The notes under the pieces are model-generated. The model made no database searches. It saw nothing but the letters and a program-made list of their open reading frames with translations, and was not told where the DNA came from. Made by a program: the position numbers and the translations under genes. From the NCBI GenBank assembly GCA_032718475.1, contig JAUCBJ010007007.1, forward strand, positions 1 to 64,000: a stretch of DNA of 64,000 nt, given 5' to 3'. Of the stretch, positions 28,613 through 40,264 are shown in pieces. Position 1 is the stretch's first letter. Every line of letters begins with the position of its first letter. Origin of the DNA: Nemertoderma westbladi. Taxonomy: Eukaryota; Animalia; Xenacoelomorpha.

Positions 28613-29158
28613 ATTGTCAACACGGTTTTATTTCTAGGGATTCCTTACAGAACGTAACCTAGCGGTTCCTAATTACATAAATTTAATACTAAAATGTGAA
28701 AAAAATGTCCAAAATAAGTATGACACCACATTTAAAAAACATTTAAAAAACTAGCCTTGTCTAAAAACAGGGCTGCTTTCCGCTGTTGACAAATAGAGGG
28801 AAATTTAAATTCCACAAAGAGCAAACATACATGCTGGTACCGTCAGACCATACCACTCAGTGTCTGACTGTTTGTAGTATGTAGGCACTACATTACGCCC
28901 AGCCCAATCTGCCAATATCCAATCAGGGGCAGCCGGTGCCAATCAACCCTAATAACATCACTTTCGTTAGATGCTTACAGATTTAAGTTCAGAAATAACA
29001 TATCAGTCCACTGCCGTAGCCCGTAGCTACTGAGCTACTGTACTTACCAGCCTGCCAGCTTACTGCATTAACTGTTTTGACCTTGCCTGGCCACACATAC
29101 ACACCGACACCAGCAGCACAGCATCACAGTGCTGGAGTGGCCTCTGTACTTTCCTAAA

Positions 29159-29864
29159 ATGGCGTTCTGTTGCATTCGTGATGATTTGTATCTCGCCAAC
29201 CTGGAAGCAGTGAGCGACGATGAATTACTCCAATCCCATGCAATTACTCACATCCTCACTGTCATGGATACCCCATTACCGCTGCATGTAGCGCCATTGT
29301 TAACAAAGCTACATATTTCAGCTCTCGATCAACCCAACCAAGACATACTCACTCAGTTCCCCCGGTGTATCGCTTTCATTTCCGAAGCTCTGATTTCGAG
29401 GGGATCCGTGGTCGTCCATTGTGTAGCCGGTAAGTCCAGGAGCGTGGCTGTCTTATTGGCCTATTTAATGCAAAAAGAATCGTTAAGTTTCGCCTCGGCG
29501 TTAGTTTCGGTTGAATCAATTGTGCCGGGAGTTCGTCCGAACCCGGGATTCCTATATCAGCTTCGTCTCTGGGGAACGATGGGTTGTCGGTTGAATAAGA
29601 ACACATCGTCCTGGAAACTGTACAAGTGGGAATGTATAGCCAACACGATGCAAGTTCGAGCGCCTTATCCTAATAGTGATGTCGTCGAGGAGAATCTAGT
29701 TGGCGATCCTGTTGAGTCTTCATTAAACCGGAACTGCTATAAATGCAAGAAATGCCGTCGTGAAATTTTTACTGTTTCGAATGTATTGGACCATCCGACC
29801 ACATTGGAAGACGACGATTCGTTGAGATTCACGCCACTCAATTATAAATCCAATCGGAATAACC
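29159..29864 (+). CDS. DUSP12: Dual specificity phosphatase 12 (YVH1), exon 1
   Basis: Catalytic motif VHCVAGKSRS, AYLM, PNPGFLYQL, and the start of the zinc-binding domain YKCKKCRR. ATG at 29159; GTTAGT donor at 29865 (phase 1). Confidence 0.92.
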
Positions 29865-30488
29865 GTTAGTACCTTTCAATCGTTAACATAACGGTATTTA
29901 TATGAGGATTATAACACAGCTTGCCAACACATTGTTACTATTTATATGAGAACATGCGAGAGTTTCCCAGTCTGCGTATTGAGGATTCTAGCAATGCCTA
30001 TAGCAGTATAGAGGAATGTATATTTGCTTATAGAAACAAACAACATGGCGCGTAGAAAATCCGTACAGGCCATTGGATGTTTATTAGGAATCTATTTTGC
30101 GGTGTAGCGATATGACCAGACCAGCTGCAACTCTACTGTCCGCAGATAAGGGGGTGGGGTTTGATGAATTTTGATGGAATCCAAATTTGTAAGCAAATAA
30201 TATCTGATTACGAGCAAAAAGAAAGCTCTATCAGTGTGATATTTACTTTTGTTAATTGCTTTGGTTAGAATAACGTACCAATGTCACCTGTTCATTTATA
30301 ATTAATCAACCATAATTAATTGGTTTGTTATTGTTATTTTGCCGTAACGAGGTGAAAACATGCTTGTTAATTCGACATATTATGTTATATTGGACAATAC
30401 CTTTATACCGGTACATTGTTTGGTGTATTTGTTATTGTTTTTACATAATGTATAAATAAATCTATCTATCTACTTCATTACTTTTCAG

Positions 30489-30715
30489 ATTGTAGAGACT
30501 CAACATCGATTGTTTGCACTTCTTTGTTTATCGAGCCAGTAAAGTGGATGCAACCGAGTATATTGGGCGTCTTAGAAGGGAAACTTTATTGCCCTAAATG
30601 TCAATCTAAGTTGGGGTATTTCAACTGGTCCGGGGGGCAATGCTCTTGTGGAAGGTGGTTCACACCTTCGTTCCAGATTCATAAAGACCATGTAGACAGA
30701 CCAAGGATAACATAA
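30489..30715 (+). CDS. DUSP12: DUSP12 exon 2 (C-terminal zinc-binding domain); spliced product 310 aa
   Basis: CTSLFIEPVKWM...GKLYCPKCQSKLGYFNWSGGQCSCGRWFTPSFQI. The acceptor TTTTCAG ends at 30488 and is phase-compatible. Confidence 0.92.
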
Positions 30716-31040
30716 TGTTATGAATTGGGTAATACGATATGGTTCATGGATCACGGTTTAGTATTTACTATTTTATTTTGTGATGATCAAAAAACGGGTG
30801 TGTAGTTCAAGATCCGTCCTATTTAGCTGTACTCATACGGTATATAGTTACCTGATGTCACTCATGGTCGAGATGGAGATACGATTCGGGACTGTCATTT
30901 ATACTACCGGTATATTTAAATACTATACTTACTACATTGTGACAGTATACTATATGGTGCTAAGTTAGCAGTGGCGTAGCCAGGATATCACCAGGGGAGG
31001 GTCCAGAGCCCGAAATGGGGGTGGGGGCCCCACATCTCCC

Positions 31041-31207
31041 TATCACCCATGACATTTGCTAGATCATCCGCATCTTCAAGGTCAGTTTTTCTTCAAGGTC
31101 ACCTTTAAGATGCGTCTCAAGAAAGTCATGGGCTGTCCACCATGCTTATTCACTCCATGAGGGTGCCAAAGTACAAGATTATGCACTGGCTGGTCCTCAC
31201 GGCGAAG
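31041..31207 (-). mobile_element. Fragment of the RTE-like LINE 3' end, an inverted copy of ~33122-33285
   Basis: Near-identical reverse complement of the LINE fragment at 33095-33372. Confidence 0.75.
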
Positions 31208-31544
31208 CAGATTAATTACAGTTCTGTACTATACAGTACAGGATACTTGTTTAGAACTATTATAGTTGGTTGAGTAAGTTATTACTCTAATTTATATTTA
31301 TGTTACTGGTGACGTTTGTAATCTAATAATAAATAATATAATAAAATCAATTAATTTATTTTACTTTATAACAAATACTGTACTTGTTGCATTATAACTC
31401 AAGATTATGTAAAAATCCATAGGTCTAGCTGAAAGGGTGCTGGTGGACAAGGTAACCTTGGCCAAACGCCAAAGGCGCAAAGGATTAAGGATTTAATCTT
31501 ATTCCGAAGTAAAGATCCTTTCAATTAACTGCCGCGCACGTCAA

Positions 31545-32200
31545 TGCGCGGTTTAACTGGCCAAGCCAAAGACCCGTCGTGGTCCGCTCACGGCGCACGT
31601 CAAGCCATAGACCCATTGTGGTCGGCTCGCCGCGCAAGTCAAGCCAAAGACCCATCGTGGTCCGCTCGCCGCGCAAGTCAAGCCAAAGACCCGCCGTGGT
31701 CCGCTCGCCGCGCACGTCAAGCCAAAGACCCACCGTGGTCCGCTCACGGCGCACGTCAAGCCAAAGACCCATCGTGGTCCGCTCGCCGCGCACGTCAAGC
31801 CAAAGACCCATCGTGGTCCGCTCACGGCGCACGTCAAGCCAAAGACCCATCGTGGTCCGCTCGCAGTGCAAGTCAAGCCAAAGACCCATCGTGGTCCGCT
31901 CACGGCGCACGTCAAGCCAAAGACTCATTGTGGTCCGCTCGCCGCGCACGTCAAGCCAAAGACCCATCGTGGTCCGCTCGCAGTGCACGTCAAGCCAAAG
32001 AACCGTCGTGGTCCTCTCGCCGCGCACGTCAAGCCAAAGACCCATCGTGGTCCGCTCACGGCGCACGTCAAGCCAAAGACTCGTTGTGGTCCGCTCGCCG
32101 CGCACGTCAAGCCAAAGACCCATCGTGGTCCGCTCGCCGCGCACGTCAAGCCAAAGACCCATCGTGGTCCGCTCGCCGTGCACATCAAGCCAAAGCCTTT
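31545..32200. repeat. GC-rich 39-bp minisatellite (CAAGCCAAAGACCCATCGTGGTCCGCTCGCCGCGCACGT), ~16 units
   Basis: Seen directly; it explains the overlapping repetitive ORFs on both strands. Confidence 0.95.
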
Positions 32201-32315
32201 TGCACATCAAGGCTTTACTGTACACACTGAAACCATAGACGTTTATTAACTCAGCTGTGTGTTAGCCTATAGTCCTTCTTGTTGTGAGGTGTGCAATCGA
32301 GAAGGGTCTGTAACG

Positions 32316-32711
32316 CAGAGGCTCCCCCCCATCCCCCCCTGGCGGGGGGGGGGGGGGGATGTTCCCCCGGGCGCACTCATCCGGGGGCGCTGAAATGCCA
32401 GGCAAATGTCAGGTTATTCTTGTAAAAATAGGACAAATCAGTAAAATGTCATGGATTGTGATACATTAGGCCCTAAATACATGACATTTAGTGCCATAAG
32501 CGAAAAATTTTCTCAGCTCGCTTCGCTCGCCATTCAATATATTATAATTGCACTGTATCCAACTTGTGTATAATCAATTTGATATAATACTGTTATATAT
32601 AATATTAAAAAAAACCGTCATAAAAGAAAAGTTAAAATTATTGAAGGGGGGGGGGGGGGGGCTATATCAGCTTCATTCCTCCGGGCGCCAGAAGGGCTCG
32701 CTACGCCTCTG
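32316..32711. mobile_element. hAT-type MITE with an 8-bp TSD
   Basis: Ends CAGAGGC / GCCTCTG, with CTGTAACG duplicated at 32308-32315 and 32712-32719. Empty-site copies of the flank lie at ~34650-34670 and ~34765-34785 on the - strand. Confidence 0.8.
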
Positions 32712-32964
32712 CTGTAACGTCCAACTATATAGATAAGTACACCGGGAGAAGTGCGACGCTGATTGACTGAAACTTTATGGTGCTGTCTGGAAATTAGTAC
32801 ACGCTTATCCTTATAAAGTATAATATTCAGAATTGATTTAGGCCAAATACTATTATATACATCCTTATTTGACTGTAATTTTTAATGATTAAATGATCAA
32901 TGCTTACCACAAATACTTGTTTTATATAGTATAATTAATATTGTTAATATATAGTATTATATTT

Positions 32965-33800
32965 TACACGTTCTGCTCGAAGTCCCAGACTAGTTAACCA
33001 GCCAGCTTAGTTGTTCACGTGCTGCTCGAAGTCCCCGACTAGTTAACCAGCCAGCTTAGTTGTTCACGTGCTGCTCGAAGTTCTGCTCGAAGAAATCGCC
33101 TCCGCTTTGCAGGACATTGCTTTCGCCGTGAGGACCAGCCAGTGCATAGTCTTGTACTTTGGCAGCCTCATGGAGTGAATAAGCATGGTGGACAGCCCAT
33201 GACTTTCTTGAGACGCATCTTAAAGGACACTGGCCTTAAAGATGCGGATGATCTAGCAAATGTCATGGGTGATAGGGAGTTGTGGCAGCGCAATTTTGTT
33301 GACAAGCCGGCACAGCATTCTTAAAAATGCAGCTGCAATGCAGCATGCCGATCCTAGTAGTAGTAGTAGTAGAAGTTCACGTGCTGCTCGAAGTCCCAGA
33401 CAAGATAACCAGTCAGCTTAGTTGTTCACGTGCTGCTCGAAGTCCCAGACTAGATAACCCGCCAGCTTAGTTGTTCACGTGCTGCTCGAAGTTCCAGACT
33501 AGTTAACAAGCCAGCTTAGTTGTTCACGTGCTGCTCGAAGTCCCAGACTAGTTAACCAGCCAGCTTAGTTGTTCACGTGCTGCTCGAAGTCCCAGACTAG
33601 TTAACCAGTCAGCTTAGTTGTTCACGTGCTGCTCGAAGTCCCAGACTCGTTAACCAGTCAGCTTAGTTGTACACGTGCTGCTCGAAGTTCCAGACTAGAT
33701 AACCAGTCAGCTTAGTTGTTCACGTGCTGCTCGAAGTCCCAGACTAGTTAACCAGTCAGCTTAGTTGTTCACGTGCTGCTCGAAGTCCCAGAATAGATAA
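32965..33800. repeat. 49-bp tandem repeat (GTTCACGTGCTGCTCGAAGTCCCAGACTAGTTAACCAGCCAGCTTAGTT), ~11 units, split by a LINE insertion
   Basis: Seen directly. Confidence 0.93.
33095..33372 (+). mobile_element. 5'-truncated RTE-like LINE 3' end with a (TAG)n tail
   Basis: Translates RLRFAGHCFRREDQPVHSLVLWQP...DTGL...MGDRELW, typical of an RTE-group ORF C-terminus, and ends in TAGTAGTAG... at ~33355-33372. Confidence 0.75.
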
Positions 33801-33832
33801 AATAACAACAATAACGGATGAGTGAGTTTCCA

Positions 33833-34370
33833 GACTGGAATCTCTCGGCTTTTTCGGGGAGATCTCCGGCGCACACAAGCAAGCACCGGCCCACGCCGGC
33901 GTAGAAACTAATGCCTCGGCGTCGGCGCAGCCAAGGAATTAGAAAACTAAACTGCGAAACACAAACCAGTGCTGTACGGTACGTAGTCGGTAGACCTAGT
34001 TTTAAACCATTTTCGAACCTTGGAACAAAACTTGGTTGAAAACTAACCCACCAACAACATTATAGCACTGCGCCAATGCCCTGCTACAGGATATTATACA
34101 GAGCACACAGAGGCAATACAGCACTTTAACTGTAACAATACTATACATGTATCTTGCTGTCTTATCTACTGTAATTTTTCATTCTGTTATTGTACAAGCT
34201 GTCAAGTGTGTATTTCTACTGTAATTTCACACATTTTATATTCGCCCGTGTATAAATTATGTGCTACTGTAGGAACATATTTTTTTGGTAGGCGTAAATT
34301 CAGTGTCCGTTGGCGCAAATTATTCTACGCCCGGCGCACCTCCGGCGTGCAATACATAGAGATTCCAGTC
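33833..34370. mobile_element. Possible MITE with 13-bp TIRs
   Basis: GACTGGAATCTCT (33833-33845) / AGAGATTCCAGTC (34358-34370). The TSD is unclear (CA on both sides). Confidence 0.5.
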
Positions 34371-34462
34371 CAGCCTGGGAGTGAGTTAAACCGATAAGAA
34401 ATAATTTATTCTGATTCAGTCTTACCTGCTTACTCTATTGATGTATTCAATGTTAAAACAGA

Positions 34463-34559
34463 TTTGAATTTCCCGCCAAAATATAGGTGGCAGATCTGAT
34501 CTGCCACCCTTTCCAGTACAAATTACAATATATCTTTCATTCATTTGAATTTCCCGCGC
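34463..34559 (+). promoter_or_regulatory. Two TTTGAA-TTTCCCGC motifs (CHR-like plus E2F-like) upstream of CBLL1
   Basis: TTTGAATTTCCCGCC at 34463-34477 and TTTGAATTTCCCGCGC at 34544-34559, with a hairpin GGTGGCAGATC..GATCTGCCACC between them. Function is inferred only. Confidence 0.3.
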
Positions 34560-35129
34560 TATGGAGCAGGGTGGCACCTTTTAGGGACTTGTCTTCTCCC
34601 GGTGTGCTTCTCTCCATGCACCATGTGTTTCTCTATATGGTCTGATGGTTGGACGTTACAGACCCTACGGCCCTAGGCCCTATACGCTGTCACACTGTTC
34701 TAGCCAATCAGCGTCGCACACGCACTTCTCCCGGTGTGCTTCTCTCTGTGTGTTTCTCTATATGGTTGGACGTTACAGACCCTACAGCCCTATGTCTATA
34801 CTGCTATAGCTGTATAGGTATCAAAGATAATGCTATCATAATCACGGTTACCAGGTTACCTCACCAGACCAGAAGAGGAAGCCTTCCAATAGCTACCGGA
34901 GTAGGCCTATTACACGTCGTGACCGTTTAATCATATTTTTATCAGCATCTACTCCGCTCAGCTAGGCTTCCACTATTCAGCTATTCCAGTATTCAGTTCT
35001 GCAGTTATTGTTTTGTTAGTCATATGTGTCTATATACAGATATAGCAGTATAGTGTATAACAGTAGGCCTATAACACATTCCACATTTCTACACTGCAGC
35101 TTCGCTTCAGTAACATCTAAACTCTGAAC

Positions 35130-36176
35130 ATGGGGGACCCCAGCAAACTGAGATGGAATTTCCAACACAATCGTATCGGAATTAAAGTCCAGGATCCGAT
35201 GATCCACTGCTGCGAACTCTGCACTCTACCCATCCTCGTCTACGGTCGGATGCTGCCGTGCAAACACGTCTTCTGCTTCGACTGCACGAAGAACGCCAAG
35301 GTTTGTATGCGATGCAACGATGCTGTAACTCGGATCGAGAGATCCAGCTTGGGTTCCGTGTTCGTTTGTATAAGCGGTGGACCCAAACACAGCAAGGAGG
35401 GGTGCAGACGCACCTATCTGTCCCATCGGGACCTCATGGCGCACGTACAGCATCGCCACGGTGGAGGTGGCGACGATAAAACCGATGTGCCACCGCCGCC
35501 ACCCGTAAAGAAACCAGCGCTGGCTCCAGGAACGATTCCTGTTCCACCAGGAGCTGTTCCGATTCCACCAGGAGCTGTTCCGATTCCACCAGGAGCTGTT
35601 GCCATTCCACCAGGAGCTGTTACGATTCCACCAGGTGTTACGATTCCACCAGGAACTGTTCCCGCACCACCAGGTAGTATACCGGTACGCTCAATTCCTC
35701 TGGGAACTGTTCCTGCACCCCCCGGGAGTATGCCGGTTCCCCCTGGGGCGTTACCCCCAACCCATATAGTAATCCGCGGCCCCCCACCGCCTGGCGCTAT
35801 GGTTATACCCCCGACGGCTCTCACTGCCGCAACCGGGATGGTTCTACCCCCGCAGTACCGTATAGGGACCACTGTTACCCAGCAACCGGCCACGGTCGGC
35901 GGCTACATGGCTATACCGGTGTCTCGCCACCCTGGGATGGTCGTCCAGTCGGCCCGTCCGGCTGTCCCCCCAGCAGTGCGGCCCTCCGCAGCTCCCATCA
36001 CCTACGCCCCCAAGGTGTTCCCGCCCCCCAGCGGGGGTCTACCGCAACCGCGCGCCTCTCTGCCGGAAGGGGGCGGCCAGTTCACTGTGCCGCCGCCTCA
36101 GCTCCCGGTGGAGTTCCCCACAGATCGCAGACTCGGTAGACCGACTCGCACCCAACCTCAACCGCAGTACAGATAG
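35130..36176 (+). CDS. CBLL1: E3 ubiquitin ligase Hakai (RING plus HYB/C2H2, proline-rich tail); an upstream exon cannot be excluded
   Basis: IHCCELCTLPILVYGRMLPCKHVFCFDC...CMRC...GCRRTYLSHRDLMAHVQHRH matches the Hakai signature. Confidence 0.92.
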   Translation: MGDPSKLRWNFQHNRIGIKVQDPMIHCCELCTLPILVYGRMLPCKHVFCFDCTKNAKVCMRCNDAVTRIERSSLGSVFVCISGGPKHSKEGCRRTYLSHRDLMAHVQHRHGGGGDDKTDVPPPPPVKKPALAPGTIPVPPGAVPIPPGAVPIPPGAVAIPPGAVTIPPGVTIPPGTVPAPPGSIPVRSIPLGTVPAPPGSMPVPPGALPPTHIVIRGPPPPGAMVIPPTALTAATGMVLPPQYRIGTTVTQQPATVGGYMAIPVSRHPGMVVQSARPAVPPAVRPSAAPITYAPKVFPPPSGGLPQPRASLPEGGGQFTVPPPQLPVEFPTDRRLGRPTRTQPQPQYR

Positions 36177-37099
36177 ATAGAACCAAACGGAAACTCTAGG
36201 ACTTACAATTATAAATATTTTTATCAATACAACTCGTTCAGTATTGTGACTTTCTACTGTATTACGTTATTATTGTTTATCGTATTAAATATGATTGATG
36301 GTTGAACTATTATGAATTTTTTAACACTTAATGATTTGTGTAGACGGGATTCAGAATAATGTTCAGAGATTATCTTCTATGAGATGAGATGGTGGACTTA
36401 GACTCAATCAAAATTCAACCCTTCAATAGCCAGGGGAAGGTGCTATTGCTCTTAGTTTATTGTTTTGTTTAGAATTACGTGCCACTCTAACCTGCTCCTG
36501 TCTTTTACCCTTTGATAATAAATTATTGATAAATGTTAATTCTCCGAGATGGGATTGTAAATTGTAATGAGTTATTAAACATGAAATATTATTGCACAAA
36601 ATTTATTTAAATGTAACTAAAAATAAATATAAGAAAAAGTTTTACAGTAAGTAACTTTATATTTAATATAAACCCACAAGTAGTGTTGATGGCGATGTTG
36701 CGAATATTCAATGTGGGTTGGTAGACCCGCTAGACCCATGGTGATATCGACGGGTTATTTTAAAGCGGACAAAATATTAAATTTATAGTTTCTCAAAAAT
36801 ATTTTTAATATTACTAAAAGTACTTAATGTTTCGGCGCTGTTTAACTCGATTAACATTAAGGATAAAGTTTGATTAACAGAGCAGCCCTCCCAGCCAAAA
36901 AAAAAGGAAAAAAAAGGAAAAAAGGAAACTCTGGGAGGCCTGACAGAGTTTAATAAAAAAAGAACCCTTAGTTTAGCTAAGAAAATATTTAGTTTTTGGG
37001 TCATTTTAACTTTAAAACAATATTATAACTAATACGGATTGTTTTTGTAATGGCTTTGGAAAGTTTTTTTTTATCTTGGAAACATAAATCCGCAATGAT

Positions 37100-37400
37100 T
37101 TAGTCCGACAATATTGGGTAGATCATTGGCTCTGTCTACAGCCGCTTTCTTGGACCTTTCGAAGGCTTTCGATGCTTTTAATCAGGATAATTTGTTCCGA
37201 TAACTGGAACAGCGATGTATAAGTGGCCAACTACTCCAGACTACCTCCCAAAAGGTTTCAGTTTGTAGACTACATTCGATTAAATCGTACATCTCAATGA
37301 ATCTTACAATTTTACATTTTTACTTCCGGCAAACAGATTCAACAGCTACAAAAAATTATAAACAATGAACTTTTCTAAAACAATAGTCTCATTTAAATAA
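37100..37400 (+). pseudogene. Highly degenerate non-LTR RT remnant
   Basis: FLDLSKAFD is encoded at ~37147-37173; the surrounding sequence is frameshifted. Confidence 0.55.
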
Positions 37401-38042
37401 ATTATTTTATCTTATTCATATCTTATGTATCTCATTTCTATTGCACTTAAAGCATTGTTCTACGATTAATTAATTAATTAAGATATCAGTACCAATTGAC
37501 GACTCATCCATTGAGAATCGGCAGATTCCAAATGTCTCGTATTTAAAAAATCAGTAAAAACCTTCGTTCTAAGATTATACCACATGTTGATTGATGTGTC
37601 ACCTAAATATTATGTTAATTCAATCTTTATCACTATAGTAATATAGAGCAGCCGGGGCCATCCGGAACAAACAATAAAAACATCGTTCACATTATGTGTC
37701 GCATTTTGGAAATAAACCGTCAATATAATTAATTATATTGTAACAAATTGTCTTCCATGTGTGAGAGGAGAGTAGCCCTATTGTAAGTGTTTCATGTTAT
37801 TAAATAAAATAATCTAAACTATTTAATATTTACATGTATAAAGACTTCAGAAACAAACCCAAGTAGAGAAAATATATACAAAGTTAGTGCAGGTAGGAAT
37901 GTTTACGGTGAGATAGCAACTAACAAACAGGATTTAATAATCTATTTACTATTAATTCATTCGATTAATAAATATTACAAAGTAATTAAGTAAAATCAAC
38001 TTAACTGGATCGTTTATGAAGGAGAGATAATTATTAGTCTCC

Positions 38043-39562
38043 CTAAGACAGTAACAGACCCTCACTAACTGGCATGCTAACCATACCCATCACTAAGGGA
38101 GACAAGTAATTCTCCTTACAGACGAACACCTTGATATCGTCGGAGATTCCCTTGTCGCTGAGACACTCCACCAAGGTGTCCAACTTCGCCTCGACCCCGG
38201 GGACCAGTATAGGGACATCGATGTTGTTCCGGGCCACCCTGTAGAGACTGTCGTCGTACTGGAAGGTGATGAAGAGGTTGACGATGGGGCGACTGGTCGA
38301 GGTGTTCTGTAGGACGACGATTAACTTAAACGCGGGTCCGATCCCCTGGACCTGGGCGTTGAATCGAACCGGCTCGTTGGGGTTCGAGGAGATCGGTGAT
38401 TGAGAGGATCGCAGGGCCCGGAGGTACTCCTTCCCGGTGATCAGGGTGATCCTAGCGAGATCCTGTTGGAACACCCGATGCATCAGCAACGCGTTCTCCC
38501 GTTCGCGTTTTGTTTGTTCGATAAACAAGGTGGTTTTCTTCGGGACGTTGAGTCGCACGCTCTGCTCTTTCGGCGGTCCTATACACTGTTGGTGCTCGTC
38601 GAATGTGGCGGTTCGTTTCAACAGCTTCACGATGAGCGCGCCGTTCGAGTTGAACATGACGAGTCCCCCGGCCTCGCGTCCGTACGGGCCGTACCGGATG
38701 GCCGTGACCGCCCCCGCTGTGTGCAGCACGTGGAGGCAGTGTTTGTCGCGGTACATGTGGACTCGGTTGTTGGCCAGCGCTACCAGCACCCCTCGGATCC
38801 CTCGCTGTTCGTTCTCCATCGCGCACATTGCCGTGATCGACGCCGGGAGGTAGACCACCCACAACCGTCGTCCTTTAGTCGTCAACGACACCAGATTATT
38901 ATCGACGCACCCGACGTAGAATTGCTTCTGGAGCCGCTCCAACCCGACGATCTGACTACCGACGTCAGCGAACTGTTTCGCCTCGTCAACTCCCCTGCGT
39001 AACGAATATAAACGGCCGTCGCGACACGCGACCACAACCCGAAAGTCCACGTCAAAGATTCCGTTAGCGCTCAGAAACACTGGAACCGAACGCAGTTTCG
39101 CTTTGTAGATTATTGTAAAGGCCTCGGAATCCATTATATAAACCTGTTGGTTTTCCGTTCCGACTATCAGACTATTTATCGCCCGATCATCCGCGATGTT
39201 TCGGTAAATCGTCGTCATGCAGGTGATTACAGTCTGGCGTTTCAGAGGAACTTCTTTATAAAGTTTAGCGAAGTCGTCAGTATCGGCCGGGTGCAGCATT
39301 ATGAACTTCTGCGAGCGAACTGTTAGATTGGAGGTGCCGGTGTTCCGAAGTTCCTCCAATCTGTCTCGCAGCACTCCCGTAGACATGCGTTCCTCTCGGT
39401 ATAGATTCCACAACTCAGCCTCACTCGTGTTCACCTCGCAGAGCGGGAGGCTGAACTTAAAGTACGGTTTTAGGTTCTTGTAGACGAATATATAGGGACC
39501 GGAAGCCACGGCTATGCCGGGGACACGTGGCTCATTCTCATCCATGTAGAAACTCGTAATTG
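38043..39562 (-). CDS. BBS1: Bardet-Biedl syndrome 1 protein, exon 2
   Basis: IAVASGPYIFVYKNLKPYFKFSLP, LKRQTVITCMTT, YGREAGGL, LNVPKKTTLFIEQTKRERENA and MPVSEG. The acceptor TTCAG ends at 39563 (phase 1). Confidence 0.95.
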
Positions 39563-39793
39563 CTGAATAAATAGGAAATAAATAATCATTACCGTACCGG
39601 TACTGCACTCGAGTACTGTAACACTGTAACAGTCTTAAAATAATTAAACCGGTAGTCGGTAGTGGGATCGGCGAATACATGGTGGTGATAGCGATAGGTA
39701 ATTTGCTTAGGTCCTTTCATGAGGCCTATGAGAAATCAAACAATTAACTAAATACATATGATATATAATGTAATAGGACATTATTATAATGCT

Positions 39794-39922
39794 CTCCATA
39801 GCGAAAAATATCAACCGAGCCCATTGGGGCTCGAACCCGGTATCTAGGTTTCAAACTTCCGGTTATCATCAGCCGGGTGTGAGTACTGAGCTACCAGATC
39901 GGGTGAAGATTTCGCTATGGAG
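39794..39922 (-). mobile_element. tRNA-like (Pol III A/B box) core enclosed by ~24-bp imperfect inverted repeats, in the BBS1 intron
   Basis: CTCCATAGCGAAA...CAACCGA / TCGGGTG...TTTCGCTATGGAG. The internal - strand has GGTAGCTCAGT (A-box-like) and GGTTCGAGCC (B box). Confidence 0.55.
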
Positions 39923-40017
39923 TGGGATATCATATTTAGGCCAACTAACTAATCACCCCACAACAATTCACTTATTATTATTAAATATTAAATACATATG
40001 ATATATATTTAACTCAC

Positions 40018-40264
40018 AAGAGGGGAGATCAAGTAAGGGGTGATGTGTCTGCAGATTAATTCCCCGGTAAACTTTAAGTTTTATGTCCTTCTTGCAGTTC
40101 CCGAGGTCGGCTACTAGCATGTTATATTCGCCATCGCCTGCGAGATCAGCCAGCGCCATACAACTAGAAAACGTGTAGATATTGGCGACCGGGTCGTAAT
40201 GTGCCGATAGCCATTTACTGTCCTCAACAACCTCCTTGTCCGTACCGGTAGTTGTAGATGTCAT
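40018..40264 (-). CDS. BBS1: BBS1 exon 1; spliced product 588 aa
   Basis: SKWLSAHYDPVANIYTFSSCMALADLAGDGEY...LKVYRG...LLDLP. The GTGAGT donor at 40017 follows 247 nt (phase 1). Confidence 0.95.

Larger units (their letters stand above)
24873..28640 (-). mobile_element. Non-autonomous Helitron carrying two tandem-repeat arrays
   Basis: On the - strand: A|TCCCTAGAAATAAAACC at 28640 and ...ACGGGCC-GCCGCTA-GGCCCGT-TT-CTAG|T at 24873. This gives a 5' TC, a 3' hairpin plus CTAG, insertion between A and T, and no TSD. Confidence 0.8.

Noticed and set aside
19604-39483. Antisense and alternate-frame ORFs overlapping CEP70, CBLL1 and BBS1 (e.g. 20025..20582, 35414..35893, 38400..39002)
   Set aside because: These are shadows of GC-rich coding sequence with no recognisable motifs.
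39563-39680. N-terminal 39 aa of the 545-aa BBS1 ORF
   Set aside because: This is intronic read-through; a phase-compatible acceptor at 39563 joins the real exon 1.
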